Counted from the first letter of the stretch, positions 24,011-34,827 are shown. The stretch is 64,000 nucleotides of DNA from an uncultured Methanobrevibacter sp. (GCA_947628455.1 CANQZY010000001.1:20613-84612); one strand, 5' to 3'. Notes: generated by a model from the sequence alone, not told the origin. Translations and numbers: made by a program.

Positions 24011-24973
24011 TTATCCTAATAATTTAAAAGTATTTTTGATTAAATCATATTCTATTTTAAAATAATTTTTAGTATTTTTGAATTTGAAATTTGTTTTTTC
24101 TAATTTATTTTTATTATTGAACCCTTCTTTTAAACCTTCTTTATAAATATCTCCATATCCTTTCTTTTTAAAAAATATATATTTAATTAGAAACCCCAAT
24201 ACTATCCATAGTATATTAAAAATTTTTTGTGGCATGGGCATATTTTTATATATCATCCAAACATTATTTCGAGCAGATATTTTAATTTTAAATTCATTAT
24301 ATTTATTTCCAGTTGTTGCGCTTCCTTTATGAAAAACAATTGCATCAGGACAATAATAATTTTTATATCCATTTATTTTAGCTCTATAAGATAAATCGAC
24401 ATCTTCTAGATATGCAAAAAAATTCTCATCAAAAAAACCAATTTCATATAAAATAGATTTTCTATAAAGTGCTGCGCCAGCACAAGAAGAAAAAATCTCA
24501 CAAATATCATTAAATTTATTTATTGGCTTGTTATCTCCTCTTTTTTTAGTATATGCAAGTAAAGTATATTCATCACCAGCATCATCAATAAAATTTGGAT
24601 TATCCGATTGTATCATTTTAGAAGAAACAGAAAAAATATCATCACTAGAATTAATAAGTTTTAACAATTCTTTGATAGTATTTGATTTAAGTTCAGTATC
24701 ATTATTTAGAGAAAATATATAATCATATTTAGAATTTTTAATACCTTCATTTACCGCTTTAGCAAAACCTAAATTTTGAGAATTTTCAATAATTTTAATT
24801 TCGAAATTACATTTTTCTTGATATTGTTGTATAAAAATCACACTATTATCACTAGAACCATTATCAACAATAATCACCTCTCCAATATATTCAGAATTAT
24901 TATTTAAACTATCAAGATATTTTTTTAAATACTTTATTCCATTATAATTGGGCGTAACAACAGAAACTTTCAT
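24011..24973 (-). CDS. GT2 glycosyltransferase, putative rhamnosyltransferase
   Basis: PNYNG, NLGFAKAVNEG, LNND, FFAYLEDVDLSYRA. Confidence 0.85.
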   Translation of the reverse strand: MKVSVVTPNYNGIKYLKKYLDSLNNNSEYIGEVIIVDNGSSDNSVIFIQQYQEKCNFEIKIIENSQNLGFAKAVNEGIKNSKYDYIFSLNNDTELKSNTIKELLKLINSSDDIFSVSSKMIQSDNPNFIDDAGDEYTLLAYTKKRGDNKPINKFNDICEIFSSCAGAALYRKSILYEIGFFDENFFAYLEDVDLSYRAKINGYKNYYCPDAIVFHKGSATTGNKYNEFKIKISARNNVWMIYKNMPMPQKIFNILWIVLGFLIKYIFFKKKGYGDIYKEGLKEGFNNKNKLEKTNFKFKNTKNYFKIEYDLIKNTFKLLG

Positions 24974-24979
24974 ACATGA

Positions 24980-25945
24980 TCAAATTGAATTTTTAAATTT
25001 TTTCCATAATTTAATATATAATCTTGGATTTAATAAAAATAGATTTATTTTTAATCTATATTTTAAATTACCCTTAAATCTTCTAAGCTTATCAAACAAA
25101 TCAAGTTTATTCATATAAAATATAACATCATCATAACTATAATCATTTACAAAAAAAAATAACATATTTCCAAAAATAGCTCTAGGAATTCTATTAGTAA
25201 TAATAAGATTAACTAACTGAGGATAATCGCTAAAATAATCTTTAAGGTTTTCTAAAATTTGTATAAACTCAAATCTCTTAAAATCAGCTTTATTAATAGA
25301 AGAATCATTATGTTGCCTATAAAAATAGGTTATATCACTACAAATACCAACATTTTGACCATTAATTAAATTTTTAAGAGCAAAATCCGTGTCTTCACCA
25401 TAACTATTACTTTCAACAAAAAAGTTATTAATCAAATCTCTGCTATACATTAACTGGCAAAAACTAAAAGTAACATCCATACTTAATTCTAATTTAATTA
25501 AATCTATTGTAGTTATTGAAGTTGAATCAATTCTACTTTCATAAATTATATTCTTATTTTCATCGATTTTAACAAGACCTGTAAATGCAAAATCATTATT
25601 TTTAATAGCTCTATATAAACATTTTAAATGATTTTTTGCTATCCAATCATCATCATCAATAAAAACAATATATCTGCCATTAGATTTTTTAATACCTTCA
25701 TTTCTAGCATTACTTACACCAAGATTATTTTTTTGAACAATAATTTTGCTTGGAATTTCACAATTATTTAAAATATTTCTAGATATCTCTAAACTTCTAT
25801 CCGTTGATCCATTATCTATTAAAATAATCTCATAGCTATGATCAAATTCTTGTGAAATAACAGAATCCAAACATTCTGCAATATATGATTCTCTATTATA
25901 TACTGGAATAATAACACTTACATAAATATTATTCAAAAATATCAC
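24980..25945 (-). CDS. GT2 glycosyltransferase
   Basis: SVIIPVYN, DNGSTD, GVSNARN, FIDDDD, GED; start may be TTG at 25936. Confidence 0.88.
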   Translation of the reverse strand: MIFLNNIYVSVIIPVYNRESYIAECLDSVISQEFDHSYEIILIDNGSTDRSLEISRNILNNCEIPSKIIVQKNNLGVSNARNEGIKKSNGRYIVFIDDDDWIAKNHLKCLYRAIKNNDFAFTGLVKIDENKNIIYESRIDSTSITTIDLIKLELSMDVTFSFCQLMYSRDLINNFFVESNSYGEDTDFALKNLINGQNVGICSDITYFYRQHNDSSINKADFKRFEFIQILENLKDYFSDYPQLVNLIITNRIPRAIFGNMLFFFVNDYSYDDVIFYMNKLDLFDKLRRFKGNLKYRLKINLFLLNPRLYIKLWKKFKNSI

Positions 25946-25948
25946 ATC

Positions 25949-27046
25949 TTAATTTTTATTTAATATGTAGTCAACAATTCTTTTAGATGATTTACCATCC
26001 AAATTATCAAATTGAAAGTTTAAAAAATCTGATATTTTATCTTTTTCAAAATCTTCACAGGCAATAGCTTCAATTAATTCATCATCAGTATATACAATTT
26101 TTCCTGGGACATCTTTATAGTCAAAATAGAAACCTCTATCAAGATTTAAATAACTACTAAAATCATAAACAAAAAAAAAGATGGGTTTGTTTAAAAGACC
26201 ATATTCAATCATAATAGATGAATAATCCGTGATTAAAATATCTGAGATTAATAATAATTCTTGTTCATTTTCATAATCTGTAAGATCAATAAAATTCTTA
26301 TTAAAATTAATATTTTGTTTATAAGATTTTTTTAACTTGGGATGGAATCTTAAAGCTAAAATATAATCATCACCTAAAGTTTTATTAAATTTTTCCAAAT
26401 CAAGAAAATTAAAAACATTATTAAACTTCTCATTTTCTCTAAAAGTAGGAGCGTATAAAATAATCTTTTTATTAACAGCTTGAGGATACATTTTATCAAA
26501 ATTTTTTCTTAAATTATTAATATTATGTTCTTTAAAATAATAATCAACACGAGAATTCCCTAAAGGTTTAATTTTTGATTTATCAATTCTAAAAGCATCC
26601 TCATAAAAATAAGAAACATTATCAGAACTTGTAATCAAATAATCAATCTTTTCACTAGACTTACTAATCATAAATATTTCTTCTTTCATATTTGAAGAAG
26701 AAGCGCCAAATTTTTTAAAAGCACCAGGAGCATGCCATAATTGAGTTATAACTGTATCTTTATTAAAATTCATAAAAGCCATTGCTAAAAAATTATCATC
26801 AAGAAAAATATATTTAGATTTGGCTAGTTTCTTTATGGAAGAAAATGAAGGTTTATTTTTATTAAAATAGAAAAAATCAAACTGACCATTATTTAAAAAT
26901 TCTTCCTCAATAAACTTCATATTACCTTTAAATGAATTATTATCATCTAAAATAAATGTAATCTGATTTTTATTAATTGAAGATTTGGAAAAAATATTGA
27001 AAATCGAAGCAAAAAGTTTATGTTTATTATACAATTTAATCAACAA
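25949..27046 (-). CDS. CDP-polyol phosphotransferase (TagB/TagF/TarL family)
   Basis: QLWHAPGAFKKFG, G.SRVD, LYAPTFRE, RFHP, ITDYSS, DGKSSKRI. Confidence 0.9.
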   Translation of the reverse strand: MLIKLYNKHKLFASIFNIFSKSSINKNQITFILDDNNSFKGNMKFIEEEFLNNGQFDFFYFNKNKPSFSSIKKLAKSKYIFLDDNFLAMAFMNFNKDTVITQLWHAPGAFKKFGASSSNMKEEIFMISKSSEKIDYLITSSDNVSYFYEDAFRIDKSKIKPLGNSRVDYYFKEHNINNLRKNFDKMYPQAVNKKIILYAPTFRENEKFNNVFNFLDLEKFNKTLGDDYILALRFHPKLKKSYKQNINFNKNFIDLTDYENEQELLLISDILITDYSSIMIEYGLLNKPIFFFVYDFSSYLNLDRGFYFDYKDVPGKIVYTDDELIEAIACEDFEKDKISDFLNFQFDNLDGKSSKRIVDYILNKN

Positions 27047-27049
27047 TTT

Positions 27050-28810
27050 TTATACTAATTCTAAATTTTTAATTTCATCGGCAGATGCTTGTTTAGCAGC
27101 TTCTATATAAGCATCACACACATAATCTACATCTCCATCCATCACGATTTTTCCTTTATCTAACCATATAGCGCGAGTACATAATTCTCTTATTTTAGAT
27201 GTAGAGTGTGAAACTAATAAAACTGTGGTACCTGAGCCCATCATAGATTTTAATTTATCACCACTTTTTTTTTGAAATTTAACATCTCCTACGGATAATA
27301 TTTCATCTAAAATTAAAATTTCAGGATTAACTACTGTGGCTACTGAAAAACCTAACTTTGCAGTCATACCTGATGAATAATTTTTAATCGGGATTTCCAT
27401 AAAATCTTCTAATTCTGAAAACTCCACTATTTCATCATATTTACTTTCTAAAAACTCTTTAGAATAACCTAAAATGGCTCCATTTAAAAAAACATTTTCT
27501 CGACCACTATAATTATGATCAAATCCAGCTCCAAGCTCTAATAATGGAGCTATTTTACCATTAACTTCAATTGATCCTTTAGTTGGACTATAAACACCAG
27601 ATAGAAGTTTTAATAAAGTACTCTTACCGGCTCCATTAAATCCTATTATACCAACACGTTCACCCTTATTAATTTTGAATGTAACACCTTTTAGAGCATC
27701 AAAATGCGTTTTAGGTTTTAATTCTCTTTTAGCCCATTTAATAAAATATTCTTTAATATTATCTACTTTTTCTTGAGGAACTTCAAATTCCATAGAAACA
27801 TCTTCAACATTAATAACTACATCTTTATTTAAAAATTGATAATCTTCATCTTCTTCTAATTCTGAAGCCCATTTGTTTGTTGTTTGTTCAAATTTACTTT
27901 CACAACTTTCAAAATCTGATGGAAAAACATCAACATGAAAATTTGGAGAATTACCTGCATGTTCATTATAAGAATTTAAAATCTTATGCCCTTCAGTTAA
28001 ACATTTGAAAACAATTCTAAGTCTTGAAATACCTTTTCCTCTAACAGAAGGATACCATACCATATTTTCAGTATCAAATTCATCTTCAACATCACTATCT
28101 TCAATATCGTACAGTGTATTAACTTTACCATGTTTATAATAATAATTAACTACTTCCAAACCATCAGGAACATTAATTTCTACTTTCTGTTTATCTTCTG
28201 TAACACCAGTAACATTCCTAAAATAAACACTATACTTAAATTCATCGCCTACAGCCTTTTTTAAAGGGTTATTTTTGGTAGGGTAATATTTGCTGGTTTC
28301 ACCACTACTTAAAACATAATGAGGAATTTCATATTCTATTTTAACACGAATAAAATCTAAAAATAAACGCCCTTCATTATCCGTAGAATTTTGAGGAAAT
28401 TTAACTGAAATACTAAAATCATCTTTATTAATATCTTCTACAGTAAGATCAATCTCATCATTGATAAAAAAAACCGTTCTTTCGATTGGATAAATTCCTG
28501 CCTCTACTGAAGATGGTTTTTCCATGTTAGAGTTGATTTTAAAAACAGGAGGTTCCATTTTAATAGGTGTTTTCGATGATTCTTTTTTAAAATTATGTTC
28601 AATGAAAATATGACTAATTCTAGCTTTATCTGGTATATTAAAATTAAAATCAGACAAAATAATCGTAGAAGGTCTTTGATGTGGTTTTAAATCACATTCG
28701 GCTAACTTCTGCCAATCATCAACTTTAATATTATTCAAATTTACCCATACTCCCTCATCAGGAGATTCTTCTTGAATAAATTTATTTGGAAATCTTATCT
28801 GATTAGACAT
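27050..28810 (-). CDS. wzt: Polysaccharide/teichoic-acid ABC exporter ATPase (Wzt/TagH) with ~330-aa N-terminal extension
   Basis: GFNGAGKST, YSSGM, ILDEILSVGD, VSH in the C-terminal ~255 aa. Likely start ATG 28810; the track gives 28825. Confidence 0.9.
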   Translation of the reverse strand: MSNQIRFPNKFIQEESPDEGVWVNLNNIKVDDWQKLAECDLKPHQRPSTIILSDFNFNIPDKARISHIFIEHNFKKESSKTPIKMEPPVFKINSNMEKPSSVEAGIYPIERTVFFINDEIDLTVEDINKDDFSISVKFPQNSTDNEGRLFLDFIRVKIEYEIPHYVLSSGETSKYYPTKNNPLKKAVGDEFKYSVYFRNVTGVTEDKQKVEINVPDGLEVVNYYYKHGKVNTLYDIEDSDVEDEFDTENMVWYPSVRGKGISRLRIVFKCLTEGHKILNSYNEHAGNSPNFHVDVFPSDFESCESKFEQTTNKWASELEEDEDYQFLNKDVVINVEDVSMEFEVPQEKVDNIKEYFIKWAKRELKPKTHFDALKGVTFKINKGERVGIIGFNGAGKSTLLKLLSGVYSPTKGSIEVNGKIAPLLELGAGFDHNYSGRENVFLNGAILGYSKEFLESKYDEIVEFSELEDFMEIPIKNYSSGMTAKLGFSVATVVNPEILILDEILSVGDVKFQKKSGDKLKSMMGSGTTVLLVSHSTSKIRELCTRAIWLDKGKIVMDGDVDYVCDAYIEAAKQASADEIKNLELV

Positions 28811-28832
28811 AAATTCTTCCTTCACACTTTTT

Positions 28833-29627
28833 TTATAAATTTAGTACAAATTGATCTTGATATTTATTAAATATAAATATTCCAATAATTAAGGATATTA
28901 TCGAAGTAATGATTAAATAAAACAAAGGTCCTGTAGCAGGAAATGTTCCACCAAGAACAATATCCCTAAATGATGAAACAGCAGCATACAATGGATTTAA
29001 TGTAAATACAATCATATATTGTTGTGGGATAATTTCAATTGGATAAAATAATGGTGTCATAAATGACAATAACATGATAAGAACACCGTATAAATATTTA
29101 ATATCCGTGAAAAATGTTGTGGCAGTGGCTAATATTAAACCAATACCTGCTGTTAAAATTAATAAAAAGAATATTGGAATAGGTGAATATATCAAAGAAA
29201 AATAAAACGGAGCACCAGTTATAATCATCACAGCTATAAGAACAACTAATGATATTAAAAAATTAACAAACTCTGAACAGATAATTCCTACAGTAAACAT
29301 ATATTTAGGAACATAAATCTTATTAATTATTTCTGAATTATCTTTAATAGAATTCATAGCCCCGGTAGTTGCATTTGAATATAAATCAAAAAGAAGTTTA
29401 CCACTTAACAAATAAACTGGAAAATTTTCAATAGATCCTGAAAATATTAATGAAAATACCATAGTAAGAACAATCATAGATAATAAAGGATTTAAAAAAC
29501 TCCACAACATTCCTAAAGTAGAATCTTTATATTTCCCACTAATATCTCTTTTTATTAATTCGCGCAATAAAAAAGAGTATTTTGAAAAATTTTGTATATG
29601 CTGATTATTCTTAAACATTATTTTCAA
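28833..29627 (-). CDS. wzm: ABC-2 polysaccharide exporter permease (Wzm/TagG)
   Basis: RD...KYKDSTLGMLWSFLNPL, TPLFYP, LNPL; hydrophobic TM segments; adjacent to wzt. Start may be ATG 29618. Confidence 0.92.
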   Translation of the reverse strand: MKIMFKNNQHIQNFSKYSFLLRELIKRDISGKYKDSTLGMLWSFLNPLLSMIVLTMVFSLIFSGSIENFPVYLLSGKLLFDLYSNATTGAMNSIKDNSEIINKIYVPKYMFTVGIICSEFVNFLISLVVLIAVMIITGAPFYFSLIYSPIPIFFLLILTAGIGLILATATTFFTDIKYLYGVLIMLLSFMTPLFYPIEIIPQQYMIVFTLNPLYAAVSSFRDIVLGGTFPATGPLFYLIITSIISLIIGIFIFNKYQDQFVLNL

Positions 29628-29718
29628 TCCTATTATAAAAACTAGTTTATTATAATAATATAAGTTTTATAAGAAATAATATAAAAACTTTTATCTAAAA
29701 AGTTCTCATAGTATTAAT

Positions 29719-30747
29719 CTATTTAAAACAAAATAGTGTTTTAATTTTTTCTTTTATTTTAAGACTTTTCTTAATTTTATTAATATTTATAACCGCATCC
29801 TTATAATTATCCTCTAACAATGGAGTTGTTAAAGAATCATAAATTCTTTCATCAAAAGCTGGATAAATAACTAGTTGTTTTTTTAATAAAGGATTAATTT
29901 CTTTTAATAATTCTACTTTATCCTCATCATCTATTTCACTTTTAATCAAACTTGTAATCCAGTACACAAAGTGTCTTTTAAATACTAAATGGAAATATTT
30001 ACTTTTATCTAACTTTTTTAATAATTCATCGGTTTTATAATAACCTTTAATCATTTTAGATAATACTTCCTTATTTCTAAGATTTATTGTTGATTTATCT
30101 TCTTTTTCATCTCGAATTTTATAATTATAACTATAAAAATCATCTAAATATACAATATTTTTAGCTTTAAATAAACTATGAATATAAAACTCTAAATCTT
30201 CAGCTAACATTCCCTCTAAAAATTGAATATTATTTTTAACTAGAAATTCTCTTTTAAATAATTTAGTCCATATAGTGGGCCCTATTTGTAAAAGTCTTAA
30301 ATCTTCATTTAAACTATTAACAACAATATTACTACGATTAAAAAGAGTTTTTTCGGGAATTTTTTTATCTTTAAATTGTTTATAATAATTAGTAATTAAT
30401 ATATCACCTTCACACATTAAATACATTTTTTCAAACGCATCAATATTGTATGTATCATCATGATCTGTGAAAATAATAAATTCACCATTAGCATTTTTTA
30501 AACCAATATTTCTACCTTCACCAGGATATCCTGAATTATACTCCTTATAAATCACTCTAACATTATTATAATTGCTAAATTTATTTAATAAATCAAGAGT
30601 TCTTTTATCCTTAGAATTATCATCAACAAAAATAACTTCAATATTTTCAAAACCAATAGTTTGAGATTTTAAAGAATCAAACAAATCAACTAGAAAATCC
30701 CCTGAATTATAAGTGGGAACAACAACAGAAATCTTATATTTACTCAT
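29719..30747 (-). CDS. GT2 glycosyltransferase, TarS/TarP-like
   Basis: SVVVPTYNS, NSGYPGEGRN, FTDHDD, NNIQF...AED; Lys-rich C-terminal tail. Confidence 0.85.
   Translation of the reverse strand: MSKYKISVVVPTYNSGDFLVDLFDSLKSQTIGFENIEVIFVDDNSKDKRTLDLLNKFSNYNNVRVIYKEYNSGYPGEGRNIGLKNANGEFIIFTDHDDTYNIDAFEKMYLMCEGDILITNYYKQFKDKKIPEKTLFNRSNIVVNSLNEDLRLLQIGPTIWTKLFKREFLVKNNIQFLEGMLAEDLEFYIHSLFKAKNIVYLDDFYSYNYKIRDEKEDKSTINLRNKEVLSKMIKGYYKTDELLKKLDKSKYFHLVFKRHFVYWITSLIKSEIDDEDKVELLKEINPLLKKQLVIYPAFDERIYDSLTTPLLEDNYKDAVININKIKKSLKIKEKIKTLFCFK
30421..30742. repeat. 322-bp perfect direct repeat, copy 1
   Basis: Identical to 31374-31695 (offset 953) on line-by-line comparison. Confidence 0.95.
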
Positions 30748-31700
30748 AATTTAGCCTTTAATTTTTTAAATAAGCTATCTTTTGCTGCTTTTTTAAAATT
30801 TTTATTTAAAATATTATTTGCTGTTTTTTTATATTTTCCTTTAAAATAAGGATCTTCACTATAATATTCCTTAAAAACATGATATGATTTTTTATATAAA
30901 TTCTGTTTATCCTGTTGTGTTAAATTGCTTAAATCAATAGTATATAACCATGATGTTAGATGCTTTCGAAAAATATCTTCACCATATTGTGTGAAATTTT
31001 CTTTTTCAAGCATTTTACAGATTTCAATATATCCATTTAACATTGCTTCAATATATTTATAATTTCTTAAATGAATTACTGATTTATTTTTATCACTATC
31101 CCTAATATTATAATTATATCCATATAAATTTTCAAGATAAACTATTTTATCTGTTTTTAGACTAGCTAAAGTAGCCACATATACATCTTCTGCTAGCATC
31201 CCTTCTAAAAACCAAATATTATTTTTAACTAAGAATTCTCTTTTAAACATTCTGGTCCAAATAGCTGCTGGAAGTGTTAAATAATTTGTGAAATTAGCAT
31301 TGAATGGAATTTTTTTCCCAGAATATACTTTATTAAAATTAGAAATTATCATTTCCTTGTTATATGAATTAGCATACATTTTTTCAAACGCATCAATATT
31401 GTATGTATCATCATGATCTGTGAAAATAATAAATTCACCATTAGCATTTTTTAAACCAATATTTCTACCTTCACCAGGATATCCTGAATTATACTCCTTA
31501 TAAATCACTCTAACATTATTATAATTGCTAAATTTATTTAATAAATCAAGAGTTCTTTTATCCTTAGAATTATCATCAACAAAAATAACTTCAATATTTT
31601 CAAAACCAATAGTTTGAGATTTTAAAGAATCAAACAAATCAACTAGAAAATCCCCTGAATTATAAGTGGGAACAACAACAGAAATCTTATATTTAAACAT
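30744..31700 (-). CDS. GT2 glycosyltransferase, TarS/TarP-like paralog
   Basis: First ~107 aa identical to the neighbouring gene; C-terminal half diverged. Confidence 0.85.
   Translation of the reverse strand: MFKYKISVVVPTYNSGDFLVDLFDSLKSQTIGFENIEVIFVDDNSKDKRTLDLLNKFSNYNNVRVIYKEYNSGYPGEGRNIGLKNANGEFIIFTDHDDTYNIDAFEKMYANSYNKEMIISNFNKVYSGKKIPFNANFTNYLTLPAAIWTRMFKREFLVKNNIWFLEGMLAEDVYVATLASLKTDKIVYLENLYGYNYNIRDSDKNKSVIHLRNYKYIEAMLNGYIEICKMLEKENFTQYGEDIFRKHLTSWLYTIDLSNLTQQDKQNLYKKSYHVFKEYYSEDPYFKGKYKKTANNILNKNFKKAAKDSLFKKLKAKL
31374..31695. repeat. 322-bp perfect direct repeat, copy 2
   Basis: Identical to 30421-30742. Confidence 0.95.
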
Positions 31701-31707
31701 GTTTTTT

Positions 31708-33252
31708 TTATCTTTTAATTTTTGAATAAATTTTATTATATTTTTCTATCATTTCACCATATTTTGGAAGTTTTACTTTAGATAAATTTTTAATTTTTTC
31801 ATGATATTCTTTTTCATTTATATTTAATATATTTTCATAAATTATTTCAGCATTTGGATCAAAAGTCCATCCAATACCTGTTTCTTCGACTCTATCTTTT
31901 AGTGCTCCTAAATTTGTAGTTAAAACTGGTATTTGAGCTGCGATTGCTTCAGTTAATGTATGTGAATATGTTTCAAAACAGTTTGATAAAATAGCTATAT
32001 ATGTTGGTTTTATTGATTGTACTAGTTGATTAAATTCTTCTCTTTTATAACGTCCATGATTTATACCATAATTGTTAAGATTAGGAATTGTTGTTCCAGC
32101 GAAATGAAGTTCTAAATTTTTGTCTGTGTCTAATTTTTTAATTTCTCTAATTAAAAATGATCCTTTATGAGGAGAGATATGTCCGGGTATGAAAATTTTT
32201 ATTTTATTGTTATTAAAATAAGAATCATGGTTTAATATTTCTAAATCTCTACCAGGTTCAATTACTTTAAAATTGTTAATATTGGGAAAAATTTTATTGT
32301 AAATAGTGATAGTCGAATACGAAGGAACAATGTTTATAATTGAATTTTTAAGATATTTTTCATTTAAATTTCTCCATATTTTTAAAACTTCTTGAAGTTT
32401 ACTTTTTCTATCGATATTTATTGCGCAACTATCAGTACAATTCAAATTACAATAATTAAGATTTTCATTTAATAAATGAATAGATGGGCAAAGATAATAA
32501 AAATCATGGATATTTAATAGATAAGGAATATTATTTTTAATAGCTATTTCAAATAAATCAAAACTATGATTAATTAAATGATTAATATGAATAAAAGGTA
32601 TGTTTAATTTTGTCAAAATTTCATTATAAACTTCATATAATTTGTTATTAAAAAGGCTATTATTAAAATCGTCAGATATAATCATTTCATTATCATCTAT
32701 TAAAGAATAATCCGTTTTATAGCTAATTTCCCAATTTTTTAATTTCTCTAATCGAGAATTATATTGCCATAACTCAACATCTTCACCATCAGAAGTTAAA
32801 ATATATGCAAAATCTAATGATTTAATAATATCTAAAATAGTTAGGCTAGCACCTCCAAGATTAGTTATCTTCTCATGTAAAACAAAGATAGGGGCCTCAG
32901 CAGCTAAACTGTTTAAATCAAAATTTTCACATTTATAATCATATCCTTTATCTTTACCAATTAAAGCATAATGAATCAATGGATTAATTTCAACATTATA
33001 ATGATAACTATAAAATCCACCATCGAAATCTTTGAAAGGTTTTTTACCTTCCAAATATCCATAAAATAAATAATGAATTAAAGGATCCATGCCTGATTTT
33101 TTAACTTTAGGATATTTGGAAAGATAAAATTCTTCATCGAAAAGATTTTGATCTTTAATAGATTTATACGATTTAATCATGTTTATTGATCTGCTTTTAG
33201 CTAAAATATATGCATAAGGAGATTTATTAACTAATTTATCTTTAAATCCCAT
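31708..33252 (-). CDS. GT4-like (GT-B) glycosyltransferase with N-terminal repeat module
   Basis: FDEEFYLSKYPKV..GMDPLIHY module; HDFYYLCP; PHKG; ETYSHTLTEA (Ex7E). Confidence 0.82.
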   Translation of the reverse strand: MGFKDKLVNKSPYAYILAKSRSINMIKSYKSIKDQNLFDEEFYLSKYPKVKKSGMDPLIHYLFYGYLEGKKPFKDFDGGFYSYHYNVEINPLIHYALIGKDKGYDYKCENFDLNSLAAEAPIFVLHEKITNLGGASLTILDIIKSLDFAYILTSDGEDVELWQYNSRLEKLKNWEISYKTDYSLIDDNEMIISDDFNNSLFNNKLYEVYNEILTKLNIPFIHINHLINHSFDLFEIAIKNNIPYLLNIHDFYYLCPSIHLLNENLNYCNLNCTDSCAINIDRKSKLQEVLKIWRNLNEKYLKNSIINIVPSYSTITIYNKIFPNINNFKVIEPGRDLEILNHDSYFNNNKIKIFIPGHISPHKGSFLIREIKKLDTDKNLELHFAGTTIPNLNNYGINHGRYKREEFNQLVQSIKPTYIAILSNCFETYSHTLTEAIAAQIPVLTTNLGALKDRVEETGIGWTFDPNAEIIYENILNINEKEYHEKIKNLSKVKLPKYGEMIEKYNKIYSKIKR

Positions 33253-33261
33253 AAAAATCCT

Positions 33262-34827
33262 TCATTTTAAATTTAATTTTTTTTCTACTAAATTAATAAT
33301 TTCAAAAGCAAATTCATTAGATTGCATTGAATACTTGATGGGAACAGTGATAATATTATTTTGATTTTTGAAATCTATAATATTTATAGTATTATTTTCG
33401 ATTTTTATTTCTACTAAATCATCACGACAAATAATGTCACTAAAACAATATTCACTAGAAAAATTAATCAAAATATCAGTAGAATTTCCAATATATTTAT
33501 CATTAAAATCTGATATAATATTAATTTCATATCCTTTTTTTACATAATTTTTAGCTAATAGCTCAACAATAGAATCATAAAATAAATTATTATTAATTAT
33601 GGTAATTTTAAGATCTTTTTTAGTGAAAAATTTATTATTATGAATCTTATCAATTAAAAGATTTTTAGAAAGATATTCTCTCCATTTACTTAAAAATAAA
33701 TCATAATTTTTCTTATCTCTAGCTATATATTCTTTCGATTTAACTCTAGTACTAGATTCATGATGAAATAATAAAGAAGTTCCACAATAATAAGTATCAT
33801 ACGAATTTTTATAAAGATTTAGACAAAAATCAATATCCTCTAAACCATAATCATAATTTTCATCAAAACCGCCTAATTTTTGATAAATCTCTTTTTTAAC
33901 AAGCATTACAGCACCAGTAACGGCTATTACTTTACGATTAATATTTAAACTACTATCAAAAATATCAATATTATTATTTGAATTATTAATTGGATATGAA
34001 CAACAATTATACATTCTTTCTTTAAAAATAATCCCACTATGTTGAAGTGTAAAAGATTTATCTGAATTATCCTGATAAAATGGAAATATTAACTTAGATC
34101 CCACAGCCCCTACATTATTATTGTTAAGCATTACTCCCATCATTTCATTCAACCAACCCTTTGTAGGCTCAACATCATTATTTAAAAACAATAAATAATC
34201 ACCATTAGCGATTTTAACAGCATCATTATTAGATTTAGAAAAAGATTCATTATACTCATGTTCTATTATAGTAATCGGTAAATTAAGAGTTTTCAAATAA
34301 GTAATAGAATCATCAAATGAATTATTATCAACTATAATAATCTCATAATTAGGATAATTTATTTTATCATCAAATTCTTTAAATAGTCTTTTAAGATGAT
34401 TTAATCCATTAAAATTAAGAATAATAATAGACACTAATGGATATTTTTCAAATTCATAATTATTAAGTAATAATTCATTAGTTTTAATAATTTCATTTTT
34501 TCTTGTAATAAAATATGGTTTTTGAATAATCTTACCTTCATCCTGACCATAAGCAATAAAATGAAAAAGTGGATTAAAATCCTGTTTTTTAATATTAGGA
34601 TAACAATTTAAATAAAAATCCCCATCAAAATTCAAACTTGGATAAAAAGATAACTTATATCCAAAAAGAAGATAATGTGTGAGAGGATCTTGATTTCCAA
34701 TATAAGAACCATATTTTTCTATATAAAAATCTTCATCGAAAAACTCGGAATTTTTAATATCATCATAATATTTAAAATAATTCAATGTTTTTCTAGATTT
34801 AATAAAATTTAAAATATTCTTACCCAT
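33262..34827 (-). CDS. GT2 glycosyltransferase with N-terminal repeat module
   Basis: Repeat module then PLVSIIILN, NESFSKSNN, LNNDVEP, GLEDIDFCL, HHESSTR. Confidence 0.85.
   Translation of the reverse strand: MGKNILNFIKSRKTLNYFKYYDDIKNSEFFDEDFYIEKYGSYIGNQDPLTHYLLFGYKLSFYPSLNFDGDFYLNCYPNIKKQDFNPLFHFIAYGQDEGKIIQKPYFITRKNEIIKTNELLLNNYEFEKYPLVSIIILNFNGLNHLKRLFKEFDDKINYPNYEIIIVDNNSFDDSITYLKTLNLPITIIEHEYNESFSKSNNDAVKIANGDYLLFLNNDVEPTKGWLNEMMGVMLNNNNVGAVGSKLIFPFYQDNSDKSFTLQHSGIIFKERMYNCCSYPINNSNNNIDIFDSSLNINRKVIAVTGAVMLVKKEIYQKLGGFDENYDYGLEDIDFCLNLYKNSYDTYYCGTSLLFHHESSTRVKSKEYIARDKKNYDLFLSKWREYLSKNLLIDKIHNNKFFTKKDLKITIINNNLFYDSIVELLAKNYVKKGYEINIISDFNDKYIGNSTDILINFSSEYCFSDIICRDDLVEIKIENNTINIIDFKNQNNIITVPIKYSMQSNEFAFEIINLVEKKLNLK

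Noticed and set aside
25151-26179. A9 homopolymers in GT genes as phase-variation tracts
   Set aside because: Runs of 8-9 A/T are common in this very AT-rich DNA, including housekeeping genes, and the frames are intact.
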